A stretch of 64,000 nucleotides of DNA from positions 434,001 to 498,000 of the forward strand of contig CDRNST010000233.1 in the NCBI GenBank assembly GCA_977016875.1, given 5' to 3'. Within the stretch, counting starts at the first letter, position 1. Each line of letters begins with the position of its first letter. The position numbers and the translations under genes were made by a program. Positions 50,606 to 61,986 of this stretch are shown in pieces. The DNA comes from Pavona decussata (taxonomy: Eukaryota). The notes below the pieces were generated by a model. It saw only the letters and a list, made by a program, of their open reading frames with translations. It was not told where the DNA came from and made no database searches.

Positions 50606-51171
50606 TTTATTCTTTTATTTTATTTATAAACTTCGCCAGAGGAGAAAAAATAACAAAATGAAAAACCTCTGACAGGAGAGATCTCACAGAACACTGACCT
50701 TGTGCTAGTTCATTAACATGTTTTCTTTCAGAGGCTTCCAATGGTTCGTTTCGTTGTAAGTCTGTTCGGAAAGACCTTACCCGCCGCAGAAATTCGGGTT
50801 AGATTGTGAGGAAAACCAAAGGTTTCTTTAACAAACGGCCACCACAAACCTTTGGAACGATGACAAACTATTTTCTTCTGTTTTCGGATGGGTGAATACG
50901 TTGTCATCAAAAAGTTAAAAAAAAGCGCCAGCTTTCTTGCTTTAATGTTCTCGTTGGGTACCATGTTTCTTATTTCATGACCGAGCTTAATTTTTCTCGT
51001 CTTTGTTTTTTTTTTAGCTCACAATGAATTTTGCGCATTGTTGGTCATGTTCAAGTTTCTCAATCAGCGAATACTGAACCAAAATTGTCTTCATATGCAA
51101 TAGCTCATCACGGCTTTGTATCCCTTCTCACTAGATCTGTGTTGGCATATCCGTCTTTGCTTTATTCAGGA

Positions 51172-54100
51172 ATGGGATGCAGAGCTCTTGGGATATTCTA
51201 CCCACGTTCTTTGAGCAAAAGAACTGTTCTTCTCTTTGTTTTTGCCATAACAACTTTGTATATCACGATGGGAATTTACCATCTCATTAGAAGAACGAGA
51301 TTCAGATTTAGCGAAAATGACATAAAAGATTTTCACCAGCAGTGGTGTAAAATGCATAGATGGCGGGAGGACTGGGAAGGAATGGCCAAACCCTGTGACG
51401 GTCAAGTGGACTGGGAACAGCGGCAAGTAAACTCCGAGTGGAGGACTGATGCGAGGAGCAGTTTTATCACGAAATGGGAGATACAGCCTGCAGGTAAAAT
51501 AACATTAAAATATTTGCTGACAAAATTTACGACAAATAAATAGTAGGTTTAACTTGGCAAGAGATTCTCCTGGATCCCGCTTATCAAAAGGATTGCCTAA
51601 AAAGATTTTTCAAACTGAATCTGTTTCTATCGATTACTTGTTAGCTTTATGTGCCAAACTTGTCACCCTATCTAGACCTGCTTGCTTTAGTCTTCCGAGG
51701 CCGGTGAGGTGGAAGGGGTGGAGGAACATTGAAACTTTAAGGTAAAAGTTTATTCGCTTGATCAAACCTTCTATCTTCGAGGTTTCTCTATATTCCTCAG
51801 TTCAATTTTTATTCTGACCATTCAACAACTCCATTCATATTTACATCCAACATTCTTCTTCCTCTGTACACAAAAAACAACTGAGGAATAGAGAAACCGT
51901 GAGACTAGCTTTCCTGTATTAACGTCACAGCCCTACCAATCTCCCCTTCTTGCGTCGTATTGTACCTAACAGGAAGTGAAATTTGACGTTGCTTGCTTAC
52001 CTCCTTTTCCCTTAACATTAAATATAAGCTACCGGTAGAATTAGATGAATTCCATTAACCTCTGACTACGGGAGACCACGCTACTCAATACAGCGGAACA
52101 GTATCAATTTTTTTGCTGGATCGAAAGAGGATGTTTTCATTAGCCTTGCATGTAAAATTTTGTGTATTTTTTCATGATTTGATGGGTTAAATAATGGTTG
52201 AGTGAGAAGTTTGCCATTTATTACGCTCTTCAAATCTGCAAAAGAAGAGCTCGAAATATGATGAACTGTTCCGCTTAAGTAGTTTGAAAATGAACTATAT
52301 ACATTATATTTATTCTTAGGCCACTTTAGTCGTTTCTTCATCCAGTCCGTAACAGGAGATGGTGTTATTAAAAACTTTGGCGGCGACGCCTGGAGAGTGT
52401 ATATCAGACAAGGCCCAGCATCCCTTGCGCCGCAGGTGTGGGACCATGATAACGGACAGTATGAGGTGGTGTTCTTGGCTATGGAGCCTGGTCACTACTC
52501 AGCCCAGATCATGTTGGATTTCACTCTTTGCGACGGTTTACGTGAGCCGCCAACAGACTGGTTCATCAAAGGTTTGGAAGATTAGCGATTTGTGTATAAC
52601 TTTGAAATTGTATTCAAAGGGCAGATTCAGTAGAGAAGAAATGTTTTGCACTTGAATTTGAAAGATGACATATATTTGTTGCACAAACAGGAACAGTCCA
52701 AGGAAAATACCAGCTCCATGGAATCTTGGGATACATCGGCGATGATTATATACTGGAGCCCCTGGGAGGTCGAACTACTTTTACTTTCTCTATTCCAGAA
52801 AGTGTCGACGCCACCACTTATTTTTCTGCTGTTCCAGGTAAAACATTTCAACAAAGCCTGAGGAATTGCATGAGAATGAGAAATTGCATCCTCCCATTAC
52901 AAAAAAAGAAAACTAAACAAGATGCATGAATTCACAATTTTAGAAAACAAAAACCTCTGAACAGAAATTAAGGGTACTACCATATGATTTGGGTAATCGG
53001 TCAGACAAGGCAGGGAATTATAGACTAAAAGAAGTCCCCTTTTTCTTCTAAATAGTCAAGACGGCGAGTAAAGCAAGCGAAGAAGCAAACCGAGCCTTTA
53101 GTTTTTTATCCTTCCCCTTGCTCGGCACGTGATTATATGCTCGCACTATAGCTCTTGATTATGATGAAAGTGACTGCTAATCAGCTAGCATGCGTGCTTT
53201 TTTCTGCTCCGTGTTGTTATTAACTTCATCGATGCAAATGAATGGATTGAACTTTACGGCAGGTCTACGCATTGTTACTTTAAGTTTTTTATTTTCAATG
53301 AAAACAGTATCGCCTCAGTGTGGAACCACTTGCAACCTGTTACAGGACGGATTTGGTAGATGGATCAACGGTCTTTGGCTGCCCTACGTTCAGGGTAAAT
53401 TCAAGTAATATGTATTTCTTTCTAACAAACCTTTCCTACCAAGTAAAATTTATGTTCCTGTAGTACTTGTATATAAGATAGAAATATTGATCGCGGTCTC
53501 TTTAAAATGAGAATTAATATGACTAAGGTCGCGTTCGATTGACAGGACTGTCCTAATCACTTACTTGATTCGATTTCAGTGTTCGAGGATTTAAGTAGTA
53601 AATAAGGACTGTTTAGTCCCTAACCAATCAAGACACGGGATTTTACCACGTGATGGGAATGGACCAATCAGCGTGAAGAAGTGTGACGTCAGTCCTTATT
53701 TACTACTAGTTTACATATAGTTCAAAAGCGGGGATTATGAATGCGGGGCAAAATGCGATGTTTTTATTGTGAAAGTTAGTTTTCATTCATATGCATTCAA
53801 ATCTAATTTTCACATGAAAAGCTTCAACGTAGCCTTGTTTTTATAATGAGGTTCGCAGCAACTCGGAAATGGCGTATAGAGTGTGTGCACGACGGCCATG
53901 TTGGAGGACCGAAACAATACAATGAGTTTCCTTTGGGAAATATATTATATTTTTATGCAAATATCTTCTATTGTTTTAGTCCTCCAACATGGCCGCCGTG
54001 CACACACTCTATTACCAGGGTATTTCGTTTAAGGTGCATGCTTGCATTTCTTTAAGTTGTTTATCAATAACGAAAAGGCTTGCGTTATTTTGAGCCATTT

Positions 54101-57100
54101 TAACCTTTCTTGTCTGCAAAGGGATGTATATAACAAACGAAATATTTTGACACAGTATTTTTCAAACAGTAATAACCTGATAAGGATATCACTGGGAACC
54201 GGATAAATTACTGATATAACTTTATGAAATGATATAAGCTTTTACGTTGGAGATGGAAATGATACTTTTATTTTTATTTTATTCGAAGTTAATTCTTTTT
54301 GTTTCATGGCAAGACTACGCTTCAACAAAAGTAGCAGAGATATCAGTCAAGCAAGCAGAAACTTTGTGGATATATGGTGACTCCGTGGCTCAAAACTTCT
54401 TGAAATCGCTCGTAAAGCGAGGAATATGCAAGCGATATTTCAAAAAGTGTAAAAATTCCCACATGTGGATATATGAGGTATGGAATTTACTACAAGGATT
54501 GTTTGTTGTAGCTGATCCCATAAATCTCGTTTGTAAATAAGTTCTCTTAGTATTAAAACAGGGTGCAAGGGAGTCAATCAATAACGTGCACAGTAGAGCT
54601 TATTTCAAAATGACTTCCATTTAAAATTCTTCTTTTGTTCGTATTCAAACTAGCCCGAATTACCTCGTTCGTAAGCTCAAAAGAAAATTTTACTTTGAAC
54701 GAGGAAAGACGGACTAATTTGCATGCAAGGCAAAAAAGTATTAAAATGGTAGCCATTTTGGCACAAGATTTAGTCACTTTTTTTTCTATTAGAGTGGTTT
54801 TCATTTGGGCGTAGTAAAACCAAAACCAAAGTAATTAATTTTACTAATCTCTCAGTTAGTACGCGCGGTGTGATTGGTCAATTTTTCGGGCCGTATTTCA
54901 CCGTACGACCCGCTAAACTTCAGCTAGTTTTCCTTTGCCGCGCACCTGATTATCCTCAGAGATATAATAAATATCTTATTAACCTCGTTTTCTCGGTCTG
55001 TACTGTAGGTTACGGATCCTCGTTTTTTCCCGCTGATTTATGGCCCCAGGGCAAATAAATCAAATGGGAAAAAAATTCGGTCGGTAACTTACAGTATGAA
55101 CCTCGAACTCGGTTAAGCCTGCGACACACCTGGCGATTTTCTACGCCGATCGCTGCGATCGGCGAAATTCGCCAGGTGTGCCCGGTGCAGTGATTGCGAT
55201 TTTCGCCGGTCGCCGCGATGGGCGTATAAAATCGCCAATATCTGACATGTCAGACATCTGCGATTAAATTCGTCGGCATTCGCCAAGTGTGCCCGTTTCC
55301 GCGATATTCTACGCTCATCGTTGCAAATCGCCAGTAAAGTCAACTAATAAGGTTGGGCAATTTTATCGCATCACTTTTCAAAACGCTCCTCGATGGAGCC
55401 CGGGAACAAGGTTGAATTGCCACATGGTCGCGATCGGCGAAAAAAATCGCCAGGTACGGTGTGTTCGCATCAATTGGTGGCGAAAAACGCTTGCGGTTTT
55501 CGCTGGCGATCAAATTCAGCGCGATCGGCGTATAAAATCGCCAGGTGTATCGCCGACTTCAGTAAGAGCTATATACTCTGGCCAATCACAGCAGACGTAA
55601 ACAATGCAATAAACCAATCAGAACTCGTAGCAAATAGATGTAACAGGCGCCAAGCGCGAGATGACACATGCGAGCAAATCACTGATCCATCAGTCAATCA
55701 GTAAGTGATTGTCAACTGCTAACTTGGCTGAAAACTATACAGCGAAAAATAACCATTCCTTTAAGGCCGTAATTTGCTTTATGTGGTAACAAATTTATCA
55801 GGTTGATGATGAAATCTTTGTATGTAAAGACAAAGATAAGGGTAACATAGGAAAATCTTGACGCATCTCAGCTGAACTTAGAGCCGCCACTCTGTTGGTA
55901 TACCTGTGTGTCATTCGCATTATAAACCACAGCTTTTCGTATTAAATTCTTCAGCTGACAAACGTGCAAGAGGCCAAATCAAAGTTTCAACCAAACGACT
56001 TTAATGAAACTGTTATTCTTCAACACATGGCTGATATCCTCGATTCTCCTGAAATGCAGACTCAGAACAGCTTCTTTCTCTTCAATCTTGGCGTGCATTA
56101 TTCTATATCGCTCAATTTTACGACATACAAAGGCCTTATAGACAACTTGGTGAAACTTATAAAGAGCAAGATGAATCACAAAAATGAAAACATGGCAACT
56201 CCTGTATGGAAGACAACAACATCCATAGAAAAGGAAAAGACTCATAAAATGTACGCAGAGCTTCGGAAGAATGTAACTCATTGGAGATTTCACACGCATC
56301 AGGTAATGCAACAGAGTTTAAATACTTCTTTGTTGCGCTATTATTGCCTTTCTGCCCGTGTTGGTCTTAGTATCAAGTCAGCTGACGTCACATTAGCGTG
56401 TCAATTTACAATTATCAATTCCAATAAAGGTGATGATCATCTTATCACTATGATCTTTTCTAAATATAGTACTTGTTGTCTTCATTGGTAGATTTTATTT
56501 TTAGATTATAGTACTATTACTATAATTATTATCATTATGCGCAATGTACGACGTATGAATGCATNNNNNNNNNNNNNNNNNNNNNNNNNNNNNNNNNNNN
56601 NNNNNNNNNNNNNNNNNNNNNNNNNNNNNNNNNNNNNNNNNNNNNNNNNNNNNNNNNNNNNNNNNNNNNNNNNNNNNNNNNNNNNNNNNNNNNNNNNNNN
56701 NNNNNNNNNNNNNNNNNNNNNNNNNNNNNNNNNNNNNNNNCTGTGGCTCTTATTTGTTGTCTTTTTTCCGTTTTCCGTTTTTGCATTTGGCAATTTTCAG
56801 AGCCAAGTGACAGATTAACCTTGCTATTTACGGCGCGCTATAGTAACTTTAGCAGTTCCCATTTCTTTTCTCAATCCACGTCACTGACTTACATGCAGTG
56901 TATCAAATATAATTTGTAGAACTTGTCCACAAACTTACACTGGTCTTGCGTACAAGAAATTGTACTGGAGGGCAAGGACTACATGGTTACTGCATGCATG
57001 ATTTAATCCCCTGTCAACGTTTTGTGTTGCCTTTTTTTCAATCTTTCAGAGGCTGGAGTTGTTCCATAAGTATGCGGTGAATGCCATGTGCAAAGCTGGT

Positions 57101-57262
57101 ATTCCTGTGCTGGACGTGTATCCAATGACCTTTTCCTATCCTAATGGCACACTGGATCACGTGCACTACGATGAACATGCGCAAAGGGCAGCTGAGGATC
57201 AGCTTATGTTATTCATTCAAGAGAAAATGAAGACAAAGAAACAGGAAAATGTTAACAGATGA
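51172..57262 (+). CDS. NXPE/PC-esterase (SGNH)-like type II membrane protein, copy B, 510 aa
   Basis: Exons 51172-51493, 52320-52571, 52691-52837, 53308-53394, 54314-54477, 55955-56302 and 57050-57262. Exon sizes are identical to copy A; GDS and DHVH motifs are intact. Confidence 0.85.
53876..54012. mobile_element. Short MITE nested in an older repeat
   Basis: TIRs ATAGAGTGTGTGCACGACGGCCATGTTGGAGGAC and GTCCTCCAACATGGCCGCCGTGCACACACTCTAT. Confidence 0.85.
54843..55112. mobile_element. MITE-like repeat with internal inverted repeat
   Basis: TACTGTAGGTTACGGA pairs with TCGGTAACTTACAGTA; absent from copy A. Confidence 0.55.
55114..55562. mobile_element. GC-rich MITE (possibly PIF/Harbinger-like)
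   Basis: TIRs GCGACACACCTGGCGATTTTCTACGCCGATCGC and GCGATCGGCGTATAAAATCGCCAGGTGTATCGC, with internal ATCGCC subrepeats. Confidence 0.8.
56565..56740. other. Assembly gap (N run)
   Basis: Run of n. Confidence 1.
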
Positions 57263-59281
57263 ATGTGACACGCAAATCCAGCTTTGCTTACACACTCGTC
57301 CACAGAACAGATTTGGAGAACAACAAATTAGCTCAACGAAAAGGAATCTACACAAATACAGCTAGAAATTGCAAGACTACTAATAAAGAAAAATAATTGT
57401 TCCATTTGTTCAAAATGCCCAGGCATTGATATCATGACCATTAAATAGTGATGTCATCTTATAATAACTATTCAACCGAAACAGCGGATTCAGCCCCCCT
57501 CCCCCCGCTCTAAAACTCCGAGACTATTAAGGATAGGACAATGACACTTGAAGGATGAATAGTACGTCCGAAGATGTTTCTTCTGAGGTCCGCAATCAGA
57601 AGTGATGACGTCATATGACGTACTTATTATGCCATGATTGCCAAACAACGGCCATATTTTATCCACCATCTTGGATTTCTGTATTTTCCCAAAACATCAA
57701 GAAAGCCCCAAAAATGAGAAAAAAAAATTTACACCAATGATTGAATATCAACTTCAAAGCCTGCTTTCAGTGGAAAGTGTCAATGAACACTAACCGACCA
57801 AATCAAATTGTTTCCAGATAGATTTCTGAAAAAGTCGCAAACTTTCATGGCGTTTGCTCAAGTATTAACGAAGGTATTCTGGTTGAAAGCCACCGGAGGC
57901 AGAATCCTCTTCCTGGTCTAGATAGGTCAATGGAAGAATGCCTTTGATGGTTTATGTTCCCACTGAAAGCAGAACGTTTTGTTGTTTGATTGTTTAGCTT
58001 TCCGTTGAATCTTACTTAGTTAACCTTTGGACAAAAGGGATGTCTTTATAGTGGTATCTTTACCCTTAATGTTTAATTTCCTTTCCGATTTGGACCTACT
58101 AAAAGTAAAACTTGCTTTTCCGTTAGATTTGGGGGAGGGGGATGAGATCAAATAAACTAACGTCCAAGACAAAAAAAGCAGGGTGATGAACGTTCAGGAT
58201 CAACTTAGCTTATTGTGTTCAACAGCTCGGAACAAAGATTACCTGTTTTACCAGTCTAATGATCATCGGTAAATGGAATAGATCTGTTATAATGGATGTA
58301 AACATGGACACCCTGTCGAAAAATGCATTATGGCATTTTATGTCTAAACTAAAAGATGAAATTGAAAATATTTGGTATAAGTTTTGTTTTTGTTTAACTC
58401 CTTACCACATTTTGGTGCAGAATTTGTTTTCCCATTACATGTAGGTAGGTCGTTGAATTCATATTCGCAAGGAGAATCCATGCGATTTTTGTAAATTATC
58501 CGTAATCCAGCCTATTGGCTGCCAAGGAAGTTTAATAAAATTTTATCTCTTATTTCTATATTGATCGAATTTGTGAATTATTTTGCGTTTAACTGTCTCA
58601 AACCTTAGCCGATTAAAATTAAAGTCTCCGCTTACCTGTAGCCTCACCAAACATTTTTCCACCAGGCAATTTTCCTAGAAACACGTTGTTTCCTCTCCCC
58701 TTGTCATACTAAAGCTGATATCTCATTTTTAAACTAACTGGTTTCTGTTCAAGATTTCGCCCATTTAATGCGGATAATCGCTTGTTATATTTGAGTTATG
58801 GTTTTCCTTTTACGGTTATTAGGTTTCTGACCATAAATATTTCAGTATTTTCCTATGAATTATTGACGAGGCGTCTTATCTTTTCATCTTAGCTTTCTCG
58901 TTGGCGACGTTGAAATTAATCTTTGTTTTGGGTAACTCGAACTGAAAAGAAGTCGACGGTCGAAATACGCTAAAATGCCTAGCTAGATCAAAATCTTCAG
59001 ATAATAGCTCTGGCACTTTTTGGACAAACACGGGTACTAAGGTAAGTGCTTTCACGGCATTGTTTTGTCTTCTGACAAAACCAGTCTAAACTGACTTGCT
59101 CTTAAGTGTTACCAATTAGATCATTTATTTGCAGATTTCAAAACGGTAGCATATTCTTTTCGAATAGTTTCCCCTTTTTTCTCTTCAGTGCTTTTAATTT
59201 TTCTATCCTGTCGTTTGTCCAGCCAAGGGGACTTTGTCACACCGTTCAGATCCTCCGTGAGGTCTTTTAAGTCAGTGTAAC

Positions 59282-61942
59282 ATGTGGGTCATTGTTTTGC
59301 TTTTGGTTAATGTGCCATGGGACACAGTAGATGCCAGGTATATCAACGTATCAGACAAAGGTAAACACGCTTTTTATGTTGCTATTAATTTCTTCAACAA
59401 CTGAATCTCAATGGAGCCGAGTACAGCAAAAATAAGAACTTTAAGGTTACTGGTACCCGGCATAAGACTATCTCTTGTGAGACGAGTTTAAGGTCGAGGT
59501 TAAAGAGCGTCCGCGACACTAGCATCCACGTTTTACAGCATAGCCGGAGTCGCAGGAGAATTGCGACAAACCCACCGCAAAGGTCAAAACGGTGATATTT
59601 GAAAATTAAAAACTGACAAGCACTCTGAATTCCAGACCAGCGAAGTGTATATCAGAAACAAATATAAATATACCTTCTTTCGAATTCTAAGTGATTTTAA
59701 TGCACATTCGATTCGCTGGTGTGTAAAGTTATGGGATTTCGAGCACATCTCCATGTGACCCTATGTAATTTCTGATTCCTGCAAGTTATAACACCGAATT
59801 TTCGAAGGCATTAAAATACACTGAAAAATCAAGGTTAAGTATAGAATTGTTTACTCGAGAAATGACATAGTAAATTGCTTTTTGACACCGACTCTTAGTT
59901 GTTTGTAAATAGGGCGTGCGACGTTCATTATTACGAAATGAAAATGAACTAAGGACTAGTGTGAAAAACAATTTTGCCGCGAATAATTGGAATGACTAAC
60001 TACCAGGGAATTCTAAGGATCCTTTATCCTGAAATCCTAAAAATACTTCTATTGTAGCTTATAAAACAGAAGTCGGGAGTTAACCGGAGATACGAAGGGC
60101 CCGTATCAAATCTCTATTCCCCACAGTTTCTTTAGAAAGTAACCCCTTTATCCCCGCATCTTTCTCATGTATGTTCAAGACAAGCTTACAATTAGAGATT
60201 TGTTCGCAAAAATTGTTATGCACGTTGCGTAACTGTTAGAACTAAGAACATTTATATGTAGAGCTGGAATATGCTACTTTTTGCAGTTAAGTTCCAAAAC
60301 ATTCCAGGGCACTAACGGTTTGCACCTGTAGTGGCGTGCATAATAATTTGACCCTGGATAAACACCTCCAATGATGATGAATAGTAAACTTTTTTTCTGG
60401 CTGTGCATGAGTTTGCACTGCACTCTGGATACTTTTAAGATATTATTACATCTGTTATTGTTGTTTTTAAGGAAAACAGGGAACAACTAAAGAGGAACAA
60501 GAGTTTGCGCGCTTAGAAAAAAGACAGCAAATAACTGGAGAACTAGAAATAGGCGGTCAAAGTAAGTGATTTAAGTACAAAACGTGTAGCTGGTGTAACA
60601 GAGAAGAAATCTGCTCATACTGTGCTGGAAAGAGAAAGTTTCTATAAATCTTTTTTCGAGGGATATCCAGTTTAGCTAAAATTTAGTTTAAATGGATCTC
60701 TAGCTTAACTAAATTAAAATACTAAAATGACTAACAGTTGTTATAAGAAAGCGTAACGACATTGAAAGATGACCATGATATTTCCATACCTTAGAGGCAG
60801 TTTGGAATTACACGGTTACTCAACTGACGTGAGACGTTCTTCTTACAGGGTTTGAAAGTCTGGGTTGCTGGCGAGATGCCTGGTCACGTAGTATTCCCAC
60901 CCTAGAAGGAGAGCACTATTTGTTAATGGATCCTAACTACAAAGGCAGGAGACATGCGTTGTTTAAGTGCGCGAAAGCAGCTTTGGACAAGGGATATAAG
61001 CTGTTCGGCATCGAGAATGGAGGGCAGTGTTTCGGTAGTGTTGGGGGAGACAAACGCTATCACAAGTACGGGACTTCAAAGGAATGTAAAGGTAGATATA
61101 TATCCCTTTCATTCTTAAAGGTGTTCCATGGCCAGCTGAAAACAAGTAAAAGTTACCAAAGTTAAGTTTGCAGAATGGCATGAAATTAATGTCTTGTTTA
61201 TCGGCTGCTTGCCAGCTTTCTAAATTGCATGAATGACCCGGAATTTCGAATGTCCCACACAGACGCGATTTAAGTTAGAAACATTTGTTTCTATGTGAAG
61301 AAAGCATTACAAATTGTATCGGATAGAAAGTTTACAACGCACAGCACCCAGTTGTAAAACCATCCACGTCCTAAAATATGGACAAGCTTAGTACGCTCAT
61401 TCAAGTAATTTTCACGGGTATGCTTTTCCAGATAAGTGGGCTTCAAATCTCAGTAACAAAACAGCTGAACTTAGTTCATAAAGCTGCAAAATCTCCAAAC
61501 ATAATTTCTCTTTATGTTTGCCTTGTAGGCGACGGAAAAGGGGGCCCTTGGAGTTTACAAGTGTACCGGTGAGTGACTTGAAGGACAGTCTTATGTTTTC
61601 CTTAAATTGGAGAAACAATTGGGAGCTTATAGAAGAAATTAAACCAAAAAACTGCGTAAATGACAAATCCAAGGCTGATGGTTTCTATGTACATATATAT
61701 CGTATGAGTCCGGGGTCATGTATATTTTACAACAACACAATTTTTCTAAATCGATTTGCTCTAAAGTCCCTCTTGGAAAGATAAATCTTGAAGTTCACTA
61801 AATGTAATGATATCGTACCACGCTTTCAAGCTTTTTTTTATATTGGAAAGCTACAGCCGCTGCTCATAATCTTTCTTGTGGCTGTACTTGCTCATTTTGC
61901 TCTTTCCAGATCTTTACCCGGTTATTATTATTTTAATAATTC

Positions 61943-61986
<44 letters not shown>

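Larger units (their letters stand above)
34370..57480 (+). repeat. Tandem segmental duplication: unit A ~34370-45360, unit B ~45575-57480
   Basis: Collinear similarity 34370-34700/45575-45900 and 36000-37600/48300-49815, plus all seven exons, intron edges and 3' UTRs. Confidence 0.85.

Noticed and set aside
55113-55704. GC-rich ORFs of 76-103 aa
   Set aside because: They lie within a MITE with internal subrepeats and show no transposase motifs.
34370-57480. Duplication as an uncollapsed-haplotype assembly artefact
   Set aside because: The introns are substantially diverged and carry different TE insertions, and exon 5 has many substitutions; this fits true paralogues better.
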